Assembly: GCA_000743035.1 (NCBI GenBank)
Contig: CP008936.1
Span: 270,001-302,000, forward strand
Reading direction: 5' to 3'
Source of the DNA: Candidatus Paracaedimonas acanthamoebae
GTDB taxonomy: Bacteria; Pseudomonadota; Alphaproteobacteria; Caedimonadales; Caedimonadaceae
Length of the DNA: 32,000 bases
The position numbers and the translations under genes are program-made. The notes below the pieces were generated by a model. That model worked only from the letters and a program-made list of their open reading frames with translations. It did no database searches and was not told the origin of the DNA. Positions 25,897-32,000 of the stretch are shown here, one piece after another (the first letter of the stretch is position 1; every line of letters starts with the position of its first letter).

Positions 25897-26748
25897 TTAC
25901 TTCATTTTAGACAAGTGAAGCATTTTCTTGATTTCAGCTAATTCTTCTTTAAGACCTTTTACATGATTATCGAGAGGATGAGTCCCTTTACGACGCATGT
26001 CTTCTTCAACGACCTCTGACATCGCGCCAACAATCGTGCCCACAACGAGATTGAAGATGAAATATCCAAGAATAGAATTAAAGATCATCAGCAAGATCCA
26101 AGCGTCTGGGTAATGCTTTGTCATGGTTTCTGATATTTCAAGCCAAGTAAATTCTCCAACCATACTGAAGAGAGTTCTCATTGAAATTCCTATGTTACCA
26201 AATAACTTTGGTGCATGCTCGCGGTAAAGTTCTGTTGAGATTAGGCTGAAAGCATAGAAAAATATAAAGGCGAGAAAAGAAACGCTTATAATGCCTGGTG
26301 CAGACTTGGCAAGGCCTTGAATAATATGTCGAGTTTTTGGAAAAATATTAAGAACATTAAGGCTACTTAAGCCTCTGAAGACGACGAGAATCGTTGGGGT
26401 GAAAGGCGAGGAGTAATGAGCGGCAAGAATCAACGCGAGGTCAAATACATTCCAGTAATTTTGAAAAAATCTTTCTTTGGTGACAATAATACGAAAAATC
26501 ATTTCAACAGTGAAAAGATACAGAATGCCTTTTTCAATGAGTTCTAACAATTCACCATGTTCTTGTTGAATGTCTGGCATCGTTTGAAGGCCTGACACGA
26601 TTGCCACCATAAAAATACACACTAGAATCAAATAATGGATGGGTTTTGTTTCAAAAAAGGTATGAACTTTTTGAGCAAAGGTCTCAACGTCTTGCTCAAC
26701 CTTTTTAACTTCTCTTGAGAGTGTATTTTCCCTTACCATAATCATCAT
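25897..26748 (-). CDS. Single-domain 6-TM ion channel of the bacterial voltage-gated sodium channel (NaChBac/BacNav) type, with atypical S4 and filter
   Basis: The layout matches NaChBac as I recall it: S1-S4, an S4-S5 linker, a pore loop FGNIGISMRTLFSMVGEFTW, S6 (ILGYFIFNLVVGTIVG) and a C-terminal coiled-coil (LKEELAEIKKMLHLSK). The start may be one of the ATGs at codons 1, 2 or 4. Confidence 0.75.
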   Translation of the reverse strand: MMIMVRENTLSREVKKVEQDVETFAQKVHTFFETKPIHYLILVCIFMVAIVSGLQTMPDIQQEHGELLELIEKGILYLFTVEMIFRIIVTKERFFQNYWNVFDLALILAAHYSSPFTPTILVVFRGLSSLNVLNIFPKTRHIIQGLAKSAPGIISVSFLAFIFFYAFSLISTELYREHAPKLFGNIGISMRTLFSMVGEFTWLEISETMTKHYPDAWILLMIFNSILGYFIFNLVVGTIVGAMSEVVEEDMRRKGTHPLDNHVKGLKEELAEIKKMLHLSKMK

Positions 26749-26840
26749 TCCCTTTAATTCATATTAGTATTTCAAAAGAAAATTAATGAATCGTTAAACG
26801 TTAATTTGCTCAATGGCTTAGACTGTGGTATGCCAAGGTC

Positions 26841-28436
26841 ATGTTAACGCTTAAAAATCTTACCTATCGTATTGCTGGGCGTACCCTTTTGGATGGTGCT
26901 TCGCTTCAAATGGATCGTGGTCAAAAGATCGGTCTTGTTGGACGTAATGGTATCGGGAAATCAACGTTGTTTCGCCTAATTTTAGGTGAGATTCACGCGG
27001 ATGGAGGTGATCTTAACTTTGCCCAAAGTTTTAAAATCGCCACAGTTGCTCAAGAGGTTCCAGGCGGTGAAACGTCGGCACTTGAATTTGTGATTAATGC
27101 TGACCAAGAACGCTTTGCTTTGTTTTTAGAAGCTGAGACATGTGAGGATCCTGATCGCATTGGCGAAATCCATGACCGCCTTATGACGATTGATGCCTAC
27201 ACCGCAGAGGCGCGCGCTGCCAGAATCCTTTTGGGATTAGGTTTTTCTGAAGCAGAGCAGCATCGCTCTTTGTCGAGCTTTTCGGGAGGATGGAGGATGC
27301 GTATTGCTCTCGCGGCGTCGCTTTTTCAGCATCCTGATCTTTTGCTGTTGGACGAGCCTACAAACCATCTCGATTTAGAGGCAGCCATTTGGCTTGAAAA
27401 TTTCTTAAAGAGTTATAATGCAACTTTGCTGATTATCAGCCATGATCGTGAATTTTTAAATAATGTGGTGACTAAAATCTTCCATCTCCATCGGGGAAAA
27501 ATCACAACCTATAATGGAAATTATGATTTCTACGAAAAAACACGTAAAGAACAATTGGCCTTTGGGCAAGCTTATAATGAGAAGATAGAAGCTCAAAAAA
27601 AGCATATGATGAAATTTGTGGATCGTTTTCGGGCGAGTGCCACGAAGGCTCGGCAAGCGCAAAGCCGGCTTAAGGCCATCGAAAAACTTGAGCCTTTATC
27701 ATTGGCAGAAGATGATCCTACCTTAAAACTTGATTTCCCTGAAACTAAAGCATTACCTCCTCCTTATGTTACCTATGATAAGGTAGCAATCGGATATGGA
27801 GATAAAGTTATTTTACAGCATTTGCGTGGGACGATTAGTCCAGAAGATCGTATTGCTCTCTTGGGGGCAAATGGGAATGGAAAATCGACTTTTGCTAAAT
27901 TTCTTGCAGGTCGCTTAGAGCCAAAGTCTGGGCACTTCCATCGCTCACCAAAATTGCGAGTTGGTTATTTTCATCAGCATCAAGTTGAGGAACTTAAAAA
28001 AGGAGATACCGCTTATCATCATGTTGCAGATCTGATGCCAAAGGCTTCAGAGACTGTCGTGAGAGCATTTTTAGGGCGTTTTGGGTTTGATAAGATTAAA
28101 AGTGATGTTCCTGTGGAAAAGCTCTCAGGAGGTGAAAAAGCGCGCCTTGTCATGGCGCTTATTTCTGCACAAAAACCCCATCTATTGATCTTTGATGAGC
28201 CTACGAACCATTTGGATGTGGAAATGCGTGAATCATTGATGATGGCCATTAACAACTTTGCTGGTGCTGTGATCCTGATTACCCATGATTGGCATTTGCT
28301 ACGGCACACGGCTGATCGCTTATGGCTTGTTGCAGAAGGTACAATTCGACCTTATGAAGGCGACCTTGAAGACTATCGTAAAATAGTTTTAGGAGGTTCT
28401 AAAAAGGAAGACAAAAGCAAGGGAAAGAAGAAATAG
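26841..28436 (+). CDS. ABC-F family ATPase (two fused ABC cassettes, no membrane domain)
   Basis: Walker A motifs GRNGIGKST and GANGNGKST. Signature motifs SGGWRMR and LSGGEKAR. Walker B motifs LLLLDEPTNHLD and LLIFDEPTNHLD. There is an inter-domain linker and a lysine-rich tail. At 531 aa it is comparable to the short (YbiT-size) ABC-F proteins. Confidence 0.9.
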   Translation: MLTLKNLTYRIAGRTLLDGASLQMDRGQKIGLVGRNGIGKSTLFRLILGEIHADGGDLNFAQSFKIATVAQEVPGGETSALEFVINADQERFALFLEAETCEDPDRIGEIHDRLMTIDAYTAEARAARILLGLGFSEAEQHRSLSSFSGGWRMRIALAASLFQHPDLLLLDEPTNHLDLEAAIWLENFLKSYNATLLIISHDREFLNNVVTKIFHLHRGKITTYNGNYDFYEKTRKEQLAFGQAYNEKIEAQKKHMMKFVDRFRASATKARQAQSRLKAIEKLEPLSLAEDDPTLKLDFPETKALPPPYVTYDKVAIGYGDKVILQHLRGTISPEDRIALLGANGNGKSTFAKFLAGRLEPKSGHFHRSPKLRVGYFHQHQVEELKKGDTAYHHVADLMPKASETVVRAFLGRFGFDKIKSDVPVEKLSGGEKARLVMALISAQKPHLLIFDEPTNHLDVEMRESLMMAINNFAGAVILITHDWHLLRHTADRLWLVAEGTIRPYEGDLEDYRKIVLGGSKKEDKSKGKKK

Positions 28437-28504
28437 AGTCTCTAGGGCATTTTCTCTTCAATCTTTGTGCAATAACTCTTTGAAATATGTTGATTAAAAA
28501 ACAA

Positions 28505-29341
28505 CTATTTTAACTTCCCTATAAAAGAATCAAGTTCAATAAGAATAATCTTTTTAAGCGTATCTAAATAAGGAACCTTTTCTAATGCCTTCAAAGAGTC
28601 TTCTAAATGGGGAGCGTTATAATTATGATTAATAATAATAACTTGCTCCCAAGCACTATTTTCTGAAAAGAATAAAAGAGGTGAAAGGACAACATATTGA
28701 TAAAAATGTTGGTTTGCTAAGTTTAAGAGGTGTGGGAATTCGTGTGTCAGCTCGTTCCAAATAAAATTATCATTAATACCATAATAGTAAGTTTCATTTG
28801 TAGTAGCGTCCGTTAACGAAATTTTTTGGGGGAGACTATCTGATTCAACCAATCTAAAAAATTTTAATATTTCAATTGTTTTGAAAGGAGATAATAGATG
28901 GCTCATGAAGATAATAGGGACGTCTTCATCAAGTAGTTTTTTTAAATAATCAACCATCGTATTTTTGGGTATTCCCCGAGCTTTAAGAGGCATTTCCTTA
29001 GGAGCATACGTTATGAGGCCTTGATAAGGGATGGAAGGTATTCCAAGGTTAGATTCTGGTGTAGGGTCTTCTGTTATGACACCTTCGACTTGAATGAGTA
29101 AAAGCGTTGTTTGAGGATATTCATATAAACACTCATTAATAAGATTTTGTACTGATTTTATAGATTTAGCTTGTTCAAAGATAACTTTGGGATGTGTATC
29201 TTCTTCTTCATCTAAAGGACAAGAAGAAAGTTTTGGGGGAATAATGACAAAAATGATGAAACAAACAAGAAGTATTTTAGTCATCACACAACTCTTTTTC
29301 TTTTTTATTATTAAGGTGATGAAGAAAATATATTGGCTCAT
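28505..29341 (-). CDS. Putative lipoprotein / exported protein, possibly a catalytically degenerate HAD-like (DUF2608-type) fold
   Basis: The probable start is Met20 (nt 29284), giving MTKILLVCFIIFVIIPPKLSS-C with a lipobox-like LSSC. TTLLLIQVEGVIT occupies the position of HAD motif I, but both Asp residues are replaced. It is a paralog of the adjacent 130-aa ORF. Confidence 0.6.
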   Translation of the reverse strand: MSQYIFFITLIIKKKKSCVMTKILLVCFIIFVIIPPKLSSCPLDEEEDTHPKVIFEQAKSIKSVQNLINECLYEYPQTTLLLIQVEGVITEDPTPESNLGIPSIPYQGLITYAPKEMPLKARGIPKNTMVDYLKKLLDEDVPIIFMSHLLSPFKTIEILKFFRLVESDSLPQKISLTDATTNETYYYGINDNFIWNELTHEFPHLLNLANQHFYQYVVLSPLLFFSENSAWEQVIIINHNYNAPHLEDSLKALEKVPYLDTLKKIILIELDSFIGKLK

Positions 29342-29372
29342 GTTTGAGTCTATATATTTTCTTGCATTATTT

Positions 29373-29765
29373 TTAAATTATTTTAGTTAACTTAGTTAAA
29401 TATTTCGGTTCAATTTTATCTTCTTTCCAAAAATAAGGCACCATATCACCGCGGGCTTCATATGTCGCTTTATTTTCTTCCCAATCCCATGTTTGGTGGT
29501 TTGGATCCGAATAATTGGTGATAATTCCATGAACATCTGCAAGGAAAACGGTATTTTGAGAAGCATCTTGAAGATATTCTTCTGTAAGTTTTGCGAACTC
29601 ACCGGCTCCTGTGATGGTATGCTGAATAATTTCAGGGCCTTTTTCTTCTAACTCTGGAAGGGAGGCAAAACTTTTTAAATGGTGGATGAGTGAAAAGATG
29701 ATCAACATTAAAAGGTATTTTTTACTTTTTGTCATTTTTGTTTCCTTTTGTGCAGATATAAGCAT
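29373..29765 (-). CDS. Exported protein, truncated paralog of the N-terminal part of ORF 28505-29341
   Basis: The probable start is Met11 (nt 29735), with AAGGAA 7 nt upstream, giving the signal peptide MTKSKKYLLMLIIFSLIHHLKSFA. NTVFLADVHGIITNYSDP aligns with TTLLLIQVEGVITEDPTP of the neighbour, and ARG and YL.KL blocks are also shared. Confidence 0.55.
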   Translation of the reverse strand: MLISAQKETKMTKSKKYLLMLIIFSLIHHLKSFASLPELEEKGPEIIQHTITGAGEFAKLTEEYLQDASQNTVFLADVHGIITNYSDPNHQTWDWEENKATYEARGDMVPYFWKEDKIEPKYLTKLTKII

Positions 29766-29853
29766 ACTTTAGGGAAGGTGAAAAGCTAAAATTAAAAAGA
29801 GACAAAAAATTTTTCTTCATTTATTTTAAGTGAAAGGGCAATGAAGGAAGGGG

Positions 29854-30561
29854 ATGTATGTAATGTTTCATCTTAGGAAGTCTTCAGATCGAGGTTTTAG
29901 AGATCATGGATGGTTGCAAACCTATCATACCTTTTCTTTTGCTGATTATGATGATCCTCAGTGGCGCCGCTTCGGTTCCTTAAGAGTTCTTAATGAAGAC
30001 TTTGTTCTTCCTGGAAAAGGTTTTGGGACCCATCCCCATCGAGACATGGAAATTTTAACCTATATCATGAGTGGCGCATTAGAACATCAGGATAGTATGG
30101 GCAATGGCACCCAAATTAAGTCACGTGAAATGCAATATATGAGTGCAGGGACAGGCGTCCTTCATAGTGAGTTTAATCCTTCTTCTCAAGCGCCTGTCCA
30201 TTTATTACAGATTTGGATTTTACCAAATATTAGGGGAGTTGAGCCAAGATATGGCCAAATAACCCTTCAAGAGGGAAAAGGGCTTCATCTGGTTGTAGCG
30301 CCAGACCAAGAGGCAGGCCAAAATATTATTGGCTTAAGAGCCGATGCTTGGGTTTATGAAGGGCATTTCACTAAAACTGAAAATCTTGTTTTTCAGCCCC
30401 AGGGAATGAAGCAATGGGTGCATATAGTGGAAGGAAGTATGATGCTTAACAACCACCTTCTCGATCAAGGAGATAGCATAGGCATTCAAGAAGAATCTTC
30501 ATTTCAGATGAATGCTTTAGAAGAAACAACCTTTCTTTTGTTTGATATGGGAGCGTTTTAA
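29854..30561 (+). CDS. Pirin-family (cupin) protein
   Basis: HGW...YHTFSFA.Y.DP....FG.LRV.NED and the metal-binding block GFGTHPHRDMEILTYIMSGALEHQDSMGN. The better-spaced start is ATG 29863, 9 nt after GGAAGGGG. Confidence 0.9.
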   Translation: MYVMFHLRKSSDRGFRDHGWLQTYHTFSFADYDDPQWRRFGSLRVLNEDFVLPGKGFGTHPHRDMEILTYIMSGALEHQDSMGNGTQIKSREMQYMSAGTGVLHSEFNPSSQAPVHLLQIWILPNIRGVEPRYGQITLQEGKGLHLVVAPDQEAGQNIIGLRADAWVYEGHFTKTENLVFQPQGMKQWVHIVEGSMMLNNHLLDQGDSIGIQEESSFQMNALEETTFLLFDMGAF

Positions 30562-30586
30562 ATTCATGTCAATAGAAGGATCTGCT

Positions 30587-30916
30587 ATGTCTATAACTTG
30601 GTCTTGAATTATTCTGATTATTGCAGGTCTTTTTGAGATAGGCTGGGCTATTGGCCTTAAGTATACAGAGGGCTTTACCAAGTTCATTCCAAGCATTTTC
30701 ACTCTCATTACCTTAGCCTTAAGCATGTATTTTCTTGCTCGTGCCAGTCAAACACTGCCGATTGGAACAGCTTATGGAGTTTAGGTCGGGATTGGGGTTT
30801 TAGGAACTGCCATTCTTGGCGTTTTTCTGTTTAATGAGCCTTTATCACTAGCCCGCTTGTTTTTTCTAGCCTTGCTTCTTGTTTCAATTGTCGGATTAAA
30901 ACTGACTGTAAAATGA
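30587..30916 (+). pseudogene. sugE: SMR-family SugE/Gdx (guanidinium / quaternary-cation exporter) gene with two Trp-to-stop mutations
   Basis: My own translation is MSITWS-TGA(30605-30607)[61 protein letters not shown](30782-30784)-VGIGVLGTAILGVFLFNEPLSLARLFFLALLLVSIVGLKLTVK*. GAAGGA lies 6 nt before the ATG. Both stops fall where E. coli SugE, as I recall it (MSW-IILVIAG ... AYAVW-TGIG), has Trp. Confidence 0.8.
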
Positions 30917-31031
30917 TGAATTTTCAGCGCTCTCTACTAAGCAGTAGCAGTCTTAAAGGAGGAAATGAAAAGCATGAGAGGGATCCTGCGTAATAGAGGA
31001 GAAATATCTCGTAGCACATTCTGCGTAACGG

Positions 31032-31061
31032 TGGGTGACAGAGAGAGGGATTCAAACCTTC
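31032..31061 (-). other. tRNA-like 3'-half remnant (T-arm plus acceptor 3' strand), probably decayed
   Basis: The minus strand reads GAAGG-TTTGAAT-CCCTC-TCTCTGT-C-ACC. It resembles the GGTTCAAATCC...TCTCTCC-G-CCA end of a tRNA-Ser-type gene. The T-loop C56 is mutated, the T stem has one mismatch, and I found no matching 5' acceptor strand, D arm or anticodon arm upstream. Confidence 0.2.
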
Positions 31062-31273
31062 AATCGATTAAAGCGAAGGAAGATGTAACCTTTTTTATTC
31101 TTTGATATGAATGAGCCCTAACAGTTGCACTCTGAATAATTTTAAGCCTCTCTTCCTTTTGAATTTTGATCAGCAAAAGATAAAGATATATTGCTTCTTA
31201 ATTAGCAATGTTAAGAAAAGCTATAGATGAATTAATCAATAAAGATTTATATTCTAGATGATTATGAAGGCTC

Positions 31274-32000
31274 TTAATACCTTGTTGCCTTATGTTGCTT
31301 TTCATGGTCAATAAGCCATTTTTTACGGGCTATCCCTCCACCATATCCTCCCAGATCTCCATTACTGTTAATAATACGGTGGCAGGGGATCACGATGGCT
31401 AATTGATTCGCACCATTCGCATTTGCAACAGCTCTATAAGCCGTTTGCTTCCCAAGGAATTTGGCTTGTTCTGCATAACTTCTGGTTTGGCCATAAGGGA
31501 TGCTTATAAGCTCCTTCCAGACAAGCTTTTGAAAAGAACTACCTAAAAGATGGAGAGGTGTTTTAAACTCTGTGAGTGTGCCTTTAAAATAAGCGTTAAG
31601 CTCAGCCTCGATAGAGAGAAGGGGAGGAGTACTGTCGGGGATAATCTGAGCTTTGGTCTTAATCCTAAGCTTTTCTATTTCACGCTCTAATCCTCGCCTG
31701 TCGACAAATTCTAAGAGGTAAAGAGCTTCTTCATCGCTTATTGCAATCATAAGGCCAAGCGGTGTGTCAATCCATGCAGCTTTGAGCATAAGCATATGAT
31801 AGTATTTGTTAAGTTTTGTTGGGGCTGCCCCCATAATCTTGGAAAAAGCGTCGCGAAACCCACTACTTGATTCATATCCGGTATTTAGTTGAGCCTCAAT
31901 AACAGCTTCTCCATCTCGAATTTGTTTAAAGGCAAGCCCCATGCGCCTTGCTCTCGCATATTCAACAAATGTCATGCCAAATCGTTTCTTAAACTGACGG
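31274..32000 (-). CDS. ada: Ada-like bifunctional regulator / O6-alkylguanine-DNA methyltransferase (5' end beyond the window)
   Basis: C-terminal MGMT active site IVIPCHRIINSNGDLGGYGGG. Upstream is an AraC-type HTH (ARRMGLAFKQI....V.EAQLNTGYESSSGFRDAFSKIMG). The frame remains open upstream of Met-31975 to nt 32000 (..RQFKKRFGMTFVEY..). Confidence 0.85.
   Translation of the reverse strand, partial: RQFKKRFGMTFVEYARARRMGLAFKQIRDGEAVIEAQLNTGYESSSGFRDAFSKIMGAAPTKLNKYYHMLMLKAAWIDTPLGLMIAISDEEALYLLEFVDRRGLEREIEKLRIKTKAQIIPDSTPPLLSIEAELNAYFKGTLTEFKTPLHLLGSSFQKLVWKELISIPYGQTRSYAEQAKFLGKQTAYRAVANANGANQLAIVIPCHRIINSNGDLGGYGGGIARKKWLIDHEKQHKATRY

Noticed and set aside
30587-30916. The in-frame TGA and TAG in sugE might reflect stop-codon reassignment to Trp, as in some reduced genomes.
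   Set aside because: Two different stop codons are involved. Both are also used as ordinary terminators of intact genes in this window: TGA ends the HAD gene, and TAG ends the engB and ABC-F genes. Pseudogenisation is the simpler explanation.
30965-31105. A 46-codon plus-strand ORF (MKSMRGILRNRGEISRST...) preceded by AAGGAGG.
   Set aside because: The SD is only 2 nt from the ATG. The ORF overlaps the tRNA-like remnant, and its composition looks like random translation. It is kept only as a remote possibility.
30917-31273. A permuted two-piece alphaproteobacterial tmRNA (ssrA) on the minus strand, suggested by a T-arm-like element and a downstream ..GCT ACT GCT TAG TAG.
   Set aside because: There is no ..UCCACCA-type acceptor end compatible with an alanine G3:U70 stem. 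I found no complementary 5' GGGG acceptor strand, and the putative tag (..KTATA) is not of the usual ..A(L/V)AA type.

Overview
This is an AT-rich bacterial chromosomal segment. The core genes are yidC-engB, tRNA-Pro, lolA-ftsK, ampG, CIRCE-controlled groES-groEL, an ABC-F ATPase, pirin and an ada-like gene. Their order and sequences look alphaproteobacterial. The accessory content fits an intracellular symbiont or pathogen of a eukaryote: many signal-peptide ORFs with no recognisable domain, a Rickettsia-type single-HKD phospholipase D, tandemly duplicated MFS transporters and several recently broken genes. I cannot name the organism from sequence alone. I saw no transposase, integrase, CRISPR array or rRNA. 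Four things deserve the most attention. (1) A same-strand cluster next to tRNA-Pro (4308-11027) has two very large exported coiled-coil ORFans bracketing a translationally coupled HAD phosphatase and a membrane-anchored single-HKD PLD/nuclease. (2) A 1.7-kb segment downstream of groEL carries a 509-aa exported ORF with a truncated HicA-like C-terminus and is bracketed by two identical 31-nt copies of the groEL terminator. (3) A BacNav-like ion channel has lost three of its four S4 gating arginines and has a shifted selectivity-filter glutamate. (4) A strongly SD-led 57-codon ORF, missed by the ORF track, has its Shine-Dalgarno sequence base-paired to an upstream anti-SD. The right half of the window also shows active gene decay: an A8 frameshift in an alpha/beta hydrolase, a TraB/GumN gene with three stops plus a frameshift, and a sugE/gdx gene with two Trp-to-stop changes. 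All homology statements rest on motif recognition by eye and recollection, not on database searches.
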